From: Candidatus Omnitrophota bacterium
GTDB lineage: Bacteria; Omnitrophota; Gorgyraeia; Zapsychrales; Fredricksoniimonadaceae
DNA: 64,000 nucleotides
Assembly: GCA_002753465.1 (NCBI GenBank)
Contig: PEAF01000001.1
Location: 69,455 to 133,454 of the forward strand
Direction: 5' to 3'
In this document: positions 36,307-45,974 of the stretch, piece after piece
Layout: each line of letters starts with the position of its first letter
How positions within the stretch are numbered: the stretch's first letter is position 1
Position numbers and translations under genes: made by a program
The notes under the pieces: model-generated
What the model was told of the DNA's origin: nothing
The model's database searches: none
The model's input: the letters and a program-made list of their open reading frames with translations, nothing else

Positions 36307-38334
36307 TTAAGCATTATCGAAATCTAGTATGACAATAAATTCACTGCCAATACCAACCTCTGACTGAACGCTAAGGTTGCCTTTCATCAAGTCGGTAAGA
36401 GTTTTAGTGATATAAAGACCAAGTCCTACGCCGCTGCGTTCTTTATTGCCGTCAAACTCATGAAAACGTGTAAAAGGATCAAAGATCTCGGATAATTTAT
36501 CCTTTGGGATGCCAAGCCCAGTGTCTTTAATAGAAAATTTAACACGACATTTACCCTGTTCAGGATGATCATAATGAAGTTGTTCAACACTGACACTGAT
36601 CCTGCCTTCATTCGTGTATTTTACGGCATTACCGATTAGATTGGAAAGGATCTGGTTAAGGCGGATCTCATCTCCTTTGATAAGAGGGATGTTATTGTCA
36701 ATGGATGAAGTGACCGCGATCTCTTTAGCTCCCAGCTCCGCTCTAGCGTGTTCAACGGCTGTCGTGACACACTGTTGAATATTGATCTTCGTGGAGCGCA
36801 GTTCGAGTTTGCCGGATTCGAGTCTTGAAACATCCAGAAGATCCTCAACCAATCCCAAAAGACTTTGGCTTTTCTCGTTAATGATATCAACGTATTTTTT
36901 CTGTTTGTCATTCAATCCACTCGCTTCGAGGATGTTGCTGAAGCCCATGATCGCATGCATCGGCGTCCTGAAGTCATGCGCTATATTGTTTAAGAATTCA
37001 CTTTTGGCCTTGCTCGCGGTTACAGCATCATCTTTGGCCTTTAGCAGGGCCGCTTCAATTTTCTTGCGCTCCGTGATATCGCGGACAAAGGCACAATTAT
37101 GCTCTTCAGAATCAAGCTTAATATAGTTGGCCACGATCTCAACGGGGAATATATGGCCATTCTTGGAGCGCTGCTCCGACTCAAACTTTAGGGATCCGGT
37201 TTTACGCAGTTCGTTGAAATGTTGCGACCAGTTTTGGGAAGTATAGTGGATATCAAAATCAGGTACCGTTAATTGGAGTAATTCATCGCGCGTATAGCTA
37301 AGGGATCGGCATGCAGCTTCATTAACGTCGATAATTGATGCATCCGGGGCTATCCAGAAAAGAGCATCCGACGCGTGTTCAATGCTGAAGCGTGTTAATT
37401 CCAGGGCTTTAAGACTGCTCATTAGTTCTGCCGTACGAACCTGCACAGCACTATGAAGGACCCTGTTCCAGAGAAATAATGCGAGAAATACCAGGATTAC
37501 TGAAATAAAGAAAACTAATAAATAATACAAATGAACCTGGTTTACTATAGGTGCACCTACCCATCGAGTCTCGATTCTTTTCAGTTCTTCAGGAGTGATC
37601 TTGGAAAAGCCGTTCTCAATGAGATGCAGTAGTTCAGCGTTATCTTTATGAACAGCTCTGTGGAATTGACCTACATTCAGAGGTGCCGAGTAATTGAACC
37701 GTTCGTAGACGTTAAGTTTATAAAGAAAATAGAGCGCCGGTGGTTTATCAATAACAAAAACATTAACTTTATGTTCTTTGGCGGCCTGAATAATGGCTTC
37801 GTAACTGTCAAAAAACAATAAATTATCAACGCTATTGCGTTTAAGGACATCTACAGCGTCATCACCTTTCTTGACAGCAACGGCAAAACCACGCAAGGAC
37901 GCCGCATTCGTAATGCCCGAGATATCTTTATCAAAAAAGATGGGGACTTCAAGCTTGGCGTATGGCGATGTAAAATCAAGCCATTTTGATCTCTGCGGCG
38001 TTTGGAATATTGTATCGATGACGTCAAATTCACCTGCCTCCATGGCATTCAAGGCTTTCCCCCAATCCATGGCATGGATCTCAACTTTTATACCTGTTTT
38101 CTGTTCCCACAAGCGCCATTGATCAATCAGGATGCCCTGTTGCATGCCGTCATTGTTCTTAAAACTATAAGGAGGATAGGCGTCGTCCATGACGACCTTG
38201 ATGGATTGAGGGGTAGCTTTTGCCGTGGGAGCAATTAATACAGATAAAGCTATAAATGTAAGTATGCCAAGAATATGGCAGAAATTTCGCATGAGAGGCA
38301 TCCGTTCAAAGTTGAATCTGAAGTATGACAACAA
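36307..38334 (-). CDS. Sensor histidine kinase: periplasmic solute-binding (SBP_bac_3-like) domain, TM, PAS, HisKA, HATPase
   Basis: IKVVMDDAYPPYSF and DVIDTIFQTPQR mark the SBP-like part. A TM segment (YYLLVFFISVILVFLALFLW) and a PAS domain follow, then the H-box NIAHDFRTPMH and GVGLGLYITK. The 38334 start is TTG; alternative ATGs lie at 38301 and 38292. Confidence 0.85.
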   Translation of the reverse strand: MLSYFRFNFERMPLMRNFCHILGILTFIALSVLIAPTAKATPQSIKVVMDDAYPPYSFKNNDGMQQGILIDQWRLWEQKTGIKVEIHAMDWGKALNAMEAGEFDVIDTIFQTPQRSKWLDFTSPYAKLEVPIFFDKDISGITNAASLRGFAVAVKKGDDAVDVLKRNSVDNLLFFDSYEAIIQAAKEHKVNVFVIDKPPALYFLYKLNVYERFNYSAPLNVGQFHRAVHKDNAELLHLIENGFSKITPEELKRIETRWVGAPIVNQVHLYYLLVFFISVILVFLALFLWNRVLHSAVQVRTAELMSSLKALELTRFSIEHASDALFWIAPDASIIDVNEAACRSLSYTRDELLQLTVPDFDIHYTSQNWSQHFNELRKTGSLKFESEQRSKNGHIFPVEIVANYIKLDSEEHNCAFVRDITERKKIEAALLKAKDDAVTASKAKSEFLNNIAHDFRTPMHAIMGFSNILEASGLNDKQKKYVDIINEKSQSLLGLVEDLLDVSRLESGKLELRSTKINIQQCVTTAVEHARAELGAKEIAVTSSIDNNIPLIKGDEIRLNQILSNLIGNAVKYTNEGRISVSVEQLHYDHPEQGKCRVKFSIKDTGLGIPKDKLSEIFDPFTRFHEFDGNKERSGVGLGLYITKTLTDLMKGNLSVQSEVGIGSEFIVILDFDNA

Positions 38335-38336
38335 TA

Positions 38337-38702
38337 TTATCTCCCGATCAGCTGGTGGATTTTGTTGAGGATTAAATTATGGTCCTTCATTTTTGAGACT
38401 GCCGGATAGTTTTGGTCTTTGACAGGGATGATCACGTTCTCACTCGCCGTAACTGACGTTAGGAAAATAATGGGGACATCTTTTAGGGATTCAATTTCTC
38501 TTATTTGAGTAACTGTTTCCACGCCGTCAAGCTCGGGCATGATGACATCCATCAAAATAAGATCAGGTTTTATGCTGTTAGCTTTTTCGACCCCCGCCGC
38601 ACCATTGTCAGCAATGGAGACGTCGTAACCTGCTTTTGTAAGAACAAGCTTGATCATGCGGGAGTAGTCTTTAGTATCATCAATGATCAATATCCTCTTC
38701 AT
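38337..38702 (-). CDS. Stand-alone response regulator receiver (CheY-like)
   Basis: ILIIDDTKD, LILMDVIMPELDG, FLTS, and no output domain. Confidence 0.85.
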   Translation of the reverse strand: MKRILIIDDTKDYSRMIKLVLTKAGYDVSIADNGAAGVEKANSIKPDLILMDVIMPELDGVETVTQIREIESLKDVPIIFLTSVTASENVIIPVKDQNYPAVSKMKDHNLILNKIHQLIGR

Positions 38703-39094
38703 TTAAGGTCTCCGTAGTAAAGTTGTTTTTCAACTTTGGCATACAGGATCTCAGGTGATATTGGTTTTGTCATGTAATCATTAGCGCCGCAGGCTTCTGC
38801 TTTTTGTGGTATACCTTCAACACTTGCTGTTGCAAGGATAACGCGGGTGCTGTCATTGCCTTGTGTGGCCCTGATCCGGCTTGCAATAGTTTTTGCGTCG
38901 ATATCAGGCAGATGATAATCTAGAATAATCAGATCAAGTTTATTGGCCATAGCGACCTCGATGCCTTGCGTCCCGTTTATAGCCGTCAGTACATCATATC
39001 CTCTGGCTTTAAGACGGTAAACCAGGATTTTCAGCACATCGACCTCATCATCAATAATGAGTATTTTCTTAAGCATACGGAGACCGTCTGTCAA
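38699..39094 (-). CDS. Stand-alone response regulator receiver (CheY-like)
   Basis: ILIIDDEVD, LIILDYHLPDID, ILATA, MTKP. An alternative start is Met 39076. Confidence 0.85.
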   Translation of the reverse strand: MTDGLRMLKKILIIDDEVDVLKILVYRLKARGYDVLTAINGTQGIEVAMANKLDLIILDYHLPDIDAKTIASRIRATQGNDSTRVILATASVEGIPQKAEACGANDYMTKPISPEILYAKVEKQLYYGDLK

Positions 39095-41558
39095 CGAACA
39101 AGAGCTGGAAATGAAAGGAGGATCCTTTACCCGGTTCAGATTCGGCCCATATTTTTCCGTGATGCAGTTGTATTATTTCCCTTGAGATGGCAAGTCCAAG
39201 CCCTGTCCCTCCCGGTTTCCTGTTATTAAGGTCATGCAATTGCTGGAAGCTGTGGAAGAGTTTGGGGATATCATCTTGTTTGATACCAGGACCGGTATCT
39301 TCAATAATAACGTGCACCATATTTTCCTCTTTTATACCGCGTATCTTAATGCTGCCATGGTCAGTAAATTTGATGGCATTGTTGACCAAGTTCGTCATAA
39401 CCTGAACGATCTTGTCACGGTCAAAGTTTATATCCGGGATCGACGGATCACATTCAGTCGTTAATTCCAGCTGCTTCTGGCGTGCCATGAGGACCATAGC
39501 ACCGGCGACTTCATGAATAACATCACAGATAGAGTTTTCACGTAGATCAAAAGACATTCGCCCTGATTCAAGTTTTTGAAAATCAAGGACATTGTCAATA
39601 AGTCGATGCAACCGGTCAGCATTGCTTTTAACAATGTTCAATAAGTCCCTTTGTTCCTGATTGATATCACCCACTAATCCATCAAGGATAATGCCAGCAC
39701 CTTCTTTGATAGGCCCTAGTGGGGTCCGTAATTCATGAGAGACCATTGAAGTGAATTCAGACTTAATGGCTACAGCTTTCGTTATGTTTTCTATCGCCTT
39801 CTTACGCTGCGTTATATCTTTGATAATGTGGACTGATCCGGTAAGATTCCCCTTATTGTCAATGATGGGAGATGTCGAGACTTCCAGATAAAGATTGAAA
39901 CAAGGTTCAAAGTATTCGACGTGTTCGGGTTTGTGACTGAGCATTGTTTTTTTGTGGGGGCAGTCAGTTGCAGGACATGTTGTACTGTGAACAATGGAGA
40001 AACATTTCTTGCCGATTATTTCTTCAAGGGACAGCTTAAAGAAGTTGGCGTAGGCTGTGTTCACCCTGACGATGTTGAAATCTATATCGTGGATAGAGAT
40101 CAGGTCCGGGATGGCATTAAAGGTTGTTTCCCACTCGTGGGCTTTGATAGCCAACTGTTCACGCAGATATTTCTCTTGAGTGATGTCTTCCATAACACAA
40201 ACATAATTTGTTATTTGACCTTGCCCATCGGTAACAGCCGAGATCGATGCAATAACCCAAAAGAAATCCCCATTTTTCTTTTTATTGTTAAGTTCGCCGC
40301 TCCACTCACGTCCTGCCAGGATCGTATCCCAAAGATCTTTATAGAATTCAGCGGGTTGATGACCTGATTTCAGTATGCTCATGTCCTTTCCAAAAACCTC
40401 AGCAAAGTCATACCCGGTCAATTGTGTGAATTTTGGGTTAACGTATTCGATTTTCCCCCGCGTGTTCGTGATCACGATCGTCGCAGGACTTTGCTCTACT
40501 GCGCGCATGAGTTGGCTAATCATTTTGCCTAACTTCTTCTGGACCGTTAGGGCGTAAAGGATAAAGATGCCGAAAGTAAGAGCAAATAATAAAATTATAG
40601 TGTAAGTAACAATTAGCCCTGTAAGGGCGGCATCCCTTTTAAGGAAAGCTTTGGCAGCAGATTGTGTAACAATGACTCCCCAACCGTACTCACTGACCGG
40701 TTCATAAGCAGTAACACGATCTTTATGTTCTATACGAATTGAGTCTATGGAGGCTTTCGCATGGCCTGCCAAAAGGTCGAGAATTAAAGGGTCGCTATGA
40801 AGATCGACGACTTTCATTTTATCGCTCGAGCTCGTTGCATTGATGGCTTGACCGCTCTGATCGACAATGTAAATTGCGCCAGACTCGCCTTTATCAATAT
40901 CTTGGAGCCAAATATAAAAGAAATCTGGCTTAAATTGGAGTTGAAGGATGGCGGAGGTCAGGGCCGGTTGATTTATTGGAGCAGATGGATCGGGTTGAAT
41001 AACAGAGCGTTTATGTTTAATAGGTATGCTAACAGAAACAATATAAACGTCAGGCTTAAATCTGCTTTGATAAAATGACGACACATGCGGCGCTCCTTGC
41101 CGGGTAATGTTTTGATACCAGTTGCTATTAACCTTATTTTGGCCTATATCAGCCGTGTTAGAGGAAGGTATAGCCGCCCTGATCGTTCCCTGAGGATCAA
41201 TCAGAAGAATGCGGTCTAAGAAAGAGAATTGGTCAAGAACATCACTGACATTGGCAAGGGCTTCAGGCCAATTACCGTTTTCAACCCCTTCGATGGTCAG
41301 TTTTCTGGCAGCTAATGAAATACCGAGATTAACAAAGTCATTCAGACGCTCGTGAACGAGGGTTGCCGCAAGGTGAGCAATGGTTTTTCTTTGGACTAGT
41401 AGATCATTTGTCGTTTCATGGTAAGTTCGAGCGTAATTAATGGCACCCAGGCAGACGATCGGCACAAGGAAACAAAAAAGCAAGGTGCTTCTGTAAAACG
41501 TGACTTTGGAGCCGCCGCTTAAGTTATCAATAAGTTTTTCTAAGAAACTAGTGCGCAT
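39069..41558 (-). CDS. Sensor histidine kinase: Cache-like extracytoplasmic domain, TM, two PAS, HisKA, HATPase
   Basis: An N-terminal TM, a roughly 300-aa sensor domain and a second TM (IVTYTIILLFALTFGIFILYAL). PAS blocks follow (IVITNTRGKIEYVNPKFTQLTGY), then the H-box VSHELRTPL and GTGLGLAISREI. Confidence 0.85.
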   Translation of the reverse strand: MRTSFLEKLIDNLSGGSKVTFYRSTLLFCFLVPIVCLGAINYARTYHETTNDLLVQRKTIAHLAATLVHERLNDFVNLGISLAARKLTIEGVENGNWPEALANVSDVLDQFSFLDRILLIDPQGTIRAAIPSSNTADIGQNKVNSNWYQNITRQGAPHVSSFYQSRFKPDVYIVSVSIPIKHKRSVIQPDPSAPINQPALTSAILQLQFKPDFFYIWLQDIDKGESGAIYIVDQSGQAINATSSSDKMKVVDLHSDPLILDLLAGHAKASIDSIRIEHKDRVTAYEPVSEYGWGVIVTQSAAKAFLKRDAALTGLIVTYTIILLFALTFGIFILYALTVQKKLGKMISQLMRAVEQSPATIVITNTRGKIEYVNPKFTQLTGYDFAEVFGKDMSILKSGHQPAEFYKDLWDTILAGREWSGELNNKKKNGDFFWVIASISAVTDGQGQITNYVCVMEDITQEKYLREQLAIKAHEWETTFNAIPDLISIHDIDFNIVRVNTAYANFFKLSLEEIIGKKCFSIVHSTTCPATDCPHKKTMLSHKPEHVEYFEPCFNLYLEVSTSPIIDNKGNLTGSVHIIKDITQRKKAIENITKAVAIKSEFTSMVSHELRTPLGPIKEGAGIILDGLVGDINQEQRDLLNIVKSNADRLHRLIDNVLDFQKLESGRMSFDLRENSICDVIHEVAGAMVLMARQKQLELTTECDPSIPDINFDRDKIVQVMTNLVNNAIKFTDHGSIKIRGIKEENMVHVIIEDTGPGIKQDDIPKLFHSFQQLHDLNNRKPGGTGLGLAISREIIQLHHGKIWAESEPGKGSSFHFQLLFVDRRSPYA

Positions 41559-41579
41559 TGGGACTCCCGGGGAAAATAT

Positions 41580-43718
41580 TTAAGCGTGAACGCGCTTATT
41601 CCTTGCTAAAAGCATTTTAACTCTCGCCAGCAATTTGTCTTTATCATAAGGTTTGGTGATGTAGTCGTCAGCCCCAGCGTCGAGTCCGGACAACTCGTCG
41701 TCTTTTTCTTTTAATGCAGTCAAAAGAATGATCGGAATTGATGCTGTTGTTAATTGAGCACGCAATACCCGTGTCGCTTCAAGCCCGTCCATTTTGGGCA
41801 TGGTCACATCCATGATGATCAGGTCTGGCTTCATACGGATAGCTTGCTCAACAGCTTCTTCCCCGTTTCTGGCTTTAACAGTTTCATAGCCTGTGGCGCG
41901 CAGGCGCAGATCAAGAACTGTCAGAAGGCTTTCCTCATCATCAACGATAAGGATCTTGGCTATTGACTTGGGAGATGAGGATTGGTTGTAAGCATTTTCA
42001 GTAATATCTTGTTCTGATCTGGTGATATCGACTACCCTGGAGATTTCATCTATCGTTGTTAAACCCTGAATAACCTTTTTGGCGGCAAATTCGGCTAATG
42101 TTTGAAGGCCGTTCTTTCTGGCCTCAGCATAGATCGTATTTTCACTGGCGTGATGACCGATCAGATCCCGGATCGCTGGGTTGACTTCCATAATCTCAAA
42201 GACAGCCGTCCTGCCAAAGTAGCCTGAGAAATTACATTCCTGGCAACCTTTGCCGCGGTAGAACATTGTTGGCAGAATTTGATTTGAGAAATGTTGCAGC
42301 CTGGCCAGTTCATCGGCATTAGGCGCATAAGACTCGCGGCAATGAGGGCAGATCAGTCTGACTAGGCGCTGCGCAATGACAATGATGAGTGAAGAAGATA
42401 TCAGGTAAGGTTCGAGACCAATATCGAGCAAGCGCGTAACAGAAGCTACGGCGTTATTGGTGTGTAGGCTTGAGAGAACAAGGTGTCCTGTTTGCGATGC
42501 ACGGAAAGCAATGTCAGCTGTTTCCCGGTCACGGATCTCACCAACAAAGATGACATTAGGGTCCTGACGAAGTATGCTGCGTAAACTTGAAGCAAAGGTC
42601 ACATCTTTTTGCGGGTTCAACTGGATCTGATTGATACCGTCGATCAAGTATTCGATAGGATCCTCGATCGTAATGATCTGCTTAGTTTCGTTTCTGATAA
42701 AAGTAAGCGCTGCGTATAAGGTTGACGTTTTACCTGAACCAGTGGGGCCGGTCACGAGGATCATGCCCTGGGATTTCAGCAGGGCATGATGCAATTTATT
42801 AAGTTCTTCTTTCTCAAATCCGATCTTCTCAAGGCTGCTTTTGGCCTGTTCTTTATCTAAGAGACGGATAGCGATCTTTTCGCCGTAAAATGTTGGAGCG
42901 ACAGCCAGGCGTATGTCGATATCTCGTGCATTGATGCGCATCTTGATACGGCCATCCTGCATTTTCCGTGTTTCAGCGATATCAAGATCTGCCAGGACCT
43001 TGATGCGAGATGATAGCCTGGGTAAAATGTTTAAAGGTATTTTAATGATGCTTTTCAGGTACCCGTCAATGCGGTATCTGACATCCACACACCCCTCACG
43101 GGGTTCGATGTGGATATCGGTGGCGCGCATCCTGACGGCATCACCCAGGAGCACAGATAGCAAGTGTATGACCGGAGAGTTGTCATCCTGTTCAGACTTG
43201 ATATCAATAACTCGGGTCCTACTGCCATCTTCTTTTACTAACTGGATTGTATTAGTAGAATTAACATTTTTCAGGATGTCATAAATACTGTCATCGATCT
43301 GATAGTCTTCAGTTAAAAGCTTGGAGATTTCAGCACGTGTTGCCAGGATCACTTTAACTGTAAGGCCGGTAATGGCACAAATATCATCGATGGCCATGAT
43401 GTCAGACGGATCGCTCATGGCTAGAGTAAGCTCATTATTATTTTGATCAACCGGAAAAACTCCGTACTTCTTGGCGAGTTCAGGTGAAATAAGTTTTAGG
43501 AAGGAACGATCTGGCTTGGAGTTTGGAACATAACGCGGCAATTGAAATCTTTTAACCAGCACAGTGGTCAGCACTTCTTCAGTAACGAATCCCATTTCAA
43601 CAAGGAGTTCTGTCAAGGGTCTTTTGGCCCCGGCTTGCTTGTCGCGCACGTCCTGAGCCTGGTCGCGCGTGATCAGGCTTTCCTGGATCAATGTTTGAAG
43701 TAAAGTAGGCAATGTCAT
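41580..43718 (-). CDS. GspE/PilB-family secretion ATPase with an N-terminal T2SSE_N/MshEN-like domain and a C-terminal response-regulator receiver
   Basis: Walker A is GPTGSGKTST, Walker B is IFVGEIRD and the His box is GHLVLSSLHTNNA. The Cys motif is CPHC...CQEC. The C-terminal receiver carries KILIVDDEE, IIMDVTMPKMDG, LLTAL and ITKP. Confidence 0.85.
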   Translation of the reverse strand: MTLPTLLQTLIQESLITRDQAQDVRDKQAGAKRPLTELLVEMGFVTEEVLTTVLVKRFQLPRYVPNSKPDRSFLKLISPELAKKYGVFPVDQNNNELTLAMSDPSDIMAIDDICAITGLTVKVILATRAEISKLLTEDYQIDDSIYDILKNVNSTNTIQLVKEDGSRTRVIDIKSEQDDNSPVIHLLSVLLGDAVRMRATDIHIEPREGCVDVRYRIDGYLKSIIKIPLNILPRLSSRIKVLADLDIAETRKMQDGRIKMRINARDIDIRLAVAPTFYGEKIAIRLLDKEQAKSSLEKIGFEKEELNKLHHALLKSQGMILVTGPTGSGKTSTLYAALTFIRNETKQIITIEDPIEYLIDGINQIQLNPQKDVTFASSLRSILRQDPNVIFVGEIRDRETADIAFRASQTGHLVLSSLHTNNAVASVTRLLDIGLEPYLISSSLIIVIAQRLVRLICPHCRESYAPNADELARLQHFSNQILPTMFYRGKGCQECNFSGYFGRTAVFEIMEVNPAIRDLIGHHASENTIYAEARKNGLQTLAEFAAKKVIQGLTTIDEISRVVDITRSEQDITENAYNQSSSPKSIAKILIVDDEESLLTVLDLRLRATGYETVKARNGEEAVEQAIRMKPDLIIMDVTMPKMDGLEATRVLRAQLTTASIPIILLTALKEKDDELSGLDAGADDYITKPYDKDKLLARVKMLLARNKRVHA

Positions 43719-44095
43719 GCGTGTTCTTTTTTTTGAAGGATCGCATTGATCGTACTGATCAGTTCAACGGCATCATATGGCTTCTCCATAAAGCCGGCAA
43801 CCTCGTTATCAAGCAGTAATCGGCGCTTAAGTTCAGCGTCATGGCTGGCCGTTAACACGAGGACAGGTATTGACCTTGTTTTAAACCCTAACTTAAGGTT
43901 TCGCAGGACAGATTCTCCACCGCCGGCCGGCAGCATGATGTCTAGAATGATCATGTCTGGATTTTCACTCTTGGCAAGGATCAACCCCTGATAGGCATCA
44001 ATGCCCCATACAGGTTCAAAGCCTGATCCAAATAAACGATCTTGCAGGACTTTCGCAAATGAAGGATCATCTTCGATTATTAGGATCTTTTTCAT
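43715..44095 (-). CDS. Stand-alone response regulator receiver (CheY-like)
   Basis: ILIIEDDPS, MIILDIMLPAGGG, VLTAS, MEKP. The stop overlaps the ATPase start. Confidence 0.85.
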   Translation of the reverse strand: MKKILIIEDDPSFAKVLQDRLFGSGFEPVWGIDAYQGLILAKSENPDMIILDIMLPAGGGESVLRNLKLGFKTRSIPVLVLTASHDAELKRRLLLDNEVAGFMEKPYDAVELISTINAILQKKEHA

Positions 44096-44377
44096 CTCAA
44101 GGGCACTCCTTTTTGTCAGTCAATAAACAATTTTTAATTTTAAACGTATTAACTAATTTTATCATGTTTTTATAAGGTAACTAATTCTATTAATAATAGT
44201 TATTTATTAATTAAACAAAATCTTAATAGGCTGGGGCTCACTAAATTACGTAAGAAAAATAATAAAAAAAGTATAAATGGAATATATGAAGAAGTTTCAT
44301 GCTCTGAAGGGATTGCTGCATGTAAATTCTTTGCGATTTGTTTTGTGGTCTGTATGTAGGCATTCCACTTTGGCAGA
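44096..44377 (-). promoter_or_regulatory. AT-rich 282-nt intergenic region, probable promoter/leader of the signalling operon
   Basis: This is the longest non-coding gap in the window and is very AT-rich. An AAAGGAG SD lies 10 nt before ATG 44095, and there are several TTGnnn/TAtnaT candidates. I recognised no riboswitch-like conserved core. Confidence 0.35.
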
Positions 44378-44737
44378 TTATTGTTTTTTGTTCCTATTTA
44401 AAAGGCAAAAGTGAAAAAGCTTAAGATATGTATTCTGATCAGCAGGGTCGTCGCTTTGAAAATGTACGCCGGTTTCAAAGAGCCTGTTCTTGTAAATAGA
44501 TGATGACCAGGCCGCGACGCCTTCCATATGAAGAGGCCCGTCCTGTGGAAGGTCGACCAAAATAGAGACCGGATCACCCCGTTTAAAATTAACGCCACCC
44601 ATAATTCTACACCCATGGTGATGGATATCCGTCAGTTCAGCCTGGTTGTAAGGCTTAAACGAGCTATTCTTATCACGGTATTTAGCTTCAAGAACTACGG
44701 GTATCCTCTCAGATTGTCTATGCTCAGCGGTTAACAT
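44378..44737 (-). CDS. PilZ domain protein (variant motif)
   Basis: RQSER (RxxxR) is followed about 26 residues later by DIHHHG, where the canonical motif is D/NxSxxG. AGGAGG SD. Confidence 0.65.
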   Translation of the reverse strand: MLTAEHRQSERIPVVLEAKYRDKNSSFKPYNQAELTDIHHHGCRIMGGVNFKRGDPVSILVDLPQDGPLHMEGVAAWSSSIYKNRLFETGVHFQSDDPADQNTYLKLFHFCLLNRNKKQ

Positions 44738-44813
44738 ACAGCCCTCCTGTTTAATAAAACAACACTTACTATTAAAATCTTATCACTTTGAGACAAAGTT
44801 AACAATGACTTAA

Positions 44814-45974
44814 TCACTGTAGGGCTCCGTCGTAATAGTAGCCTCCGGGAGCCCCCTGTTTTGATAGAACAAGCTGCCATACCTGCTGTCGCCTGGCACG
44901 AAATAGTCCGGCGCACATCAGCAGATAATATCGCCACAGGCGTTGGAATCTTTTATTGTAACGAGATTGTAGCTGTGGCCAGGCGGCATCAAAATTGCGG
45001 CACCACGCCATAAGAGTCGGGTCGTAGTTTGCTCCGATGTTCTCGAGGTCTTCAATTACAAAAGTCCCCTCGGTCGCGTGCGCTATCTGAGCCAGTGACG
45101 GAAGTTTTGCATCCGGGAAGATGTATTGTTCGACCCAGGGGTCAGTATCCGTAACAGATTTGAGGGTACCAATGGTGTGCAGAAGAAACAGCCCGTTGTC
45201 ATTAAGTGAATTCCGGACAACTTCCATAAATGTGCGATAGTTCTTATATCCAACGTGTTCAAACATGCCGATAGAAACAATGCGGTCAAAATGATCGCGA
45301 AGGTCACGATAGTTCTGGTAGCGGATCTCAACAGACTGTCCCTTATAGAATTTACTCGCGAGGCGTTCCTGCTCCCGGGAAACCGTGACCCCCACCACAC
45401 TTGCCCCATAATGTTCGGCCGCGTATTGGGCCAGTCCACCCCAACCACAGCCAATGTCCAGAAGCCGGTGTCCTTTTTGCAGGCCTAGTTTGCGGCAGAC
45501 AAGATCATATTTAGCTGTTTGCGCTTCGTCGAGCGTTTTACTCATCCGCCAATAAGCACAACTGTATGACATGGTCGATCCAAGCATGGCCTTATACAGG
45601 TCGTTACCAATATCATAATGGCTTTTTCCGATGTGAAAAGCACGCCATTGAGGAAGGTTTGTCAACTCATTGATGATTCGCCGAAGGAGTGCTGGCGGCG
45701 AGTAAATGATCCAGGCTGGCAGCTCCCTTGAAACGATCCTTGTAAAAAAAACATCGAGCGCATCAACATCCCACCAACCATCAACGTAAGATTCTCCAAG
45801 GCCAAGTGTGCCGGAAGAAAGCACACGGTTATAAAAGCGTTCGTCATGGATATGAATATCATACGGCGCCGTACCGTTTATCGTTATCCCAGCAGGTGTA
45901 AGGACCTCTTCGATGAAGTATCGGGCTGTATACATAGCTTCCCTTTCATCCTGTTGTGTCATTAATCCGGCCAA
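44814..45974 (-). CDS. cfa: Cyclopropane-fatty-acyl-phospholipid synthase family methyltransferase
   Basis: SHYDIGNDLYKAMLGSTMSYSCAYW, LLDIGCGWGGLAQYAAEHYG, IVSIGMFEHVG and FRRLWRYYLLMCAGLF. Confidence 0.85.
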   Translation of the reverse strand: MAGLMTQQDEREAMYTARYFIEEVLTPAGITINGTAPYDIHIHDERFYNRVLSSGTLGLGESYVDGWWDVDALDVFFTRIVSRELPAWIIYSPPALLRRIINELTNLPQWRAFHIGKSHYDIGNDLYKAMLGSTMSYSCAYWRMSKTLDEAQTAKYDLVCRKLGLQKGHRLLDIGCGWGGLAQYAAEHYGASVVGVTVSREQERLASKFYKGQSVEIRYQNYRDLRDHFDRIVSIGMFEHVGYKNYRTFMEVVRNSLNDNGLFLLHTIGTLKSVTDTDPWVEQYIFPDAKLPSLAQIAHATEGTFVIEDLENIGANYDPTLMAWCRNFDAAWPQLQSRYNKRFQRLWRYYLLMCAGLFRARRQQVWQLVLSKQGAPGGYYYDGALQ

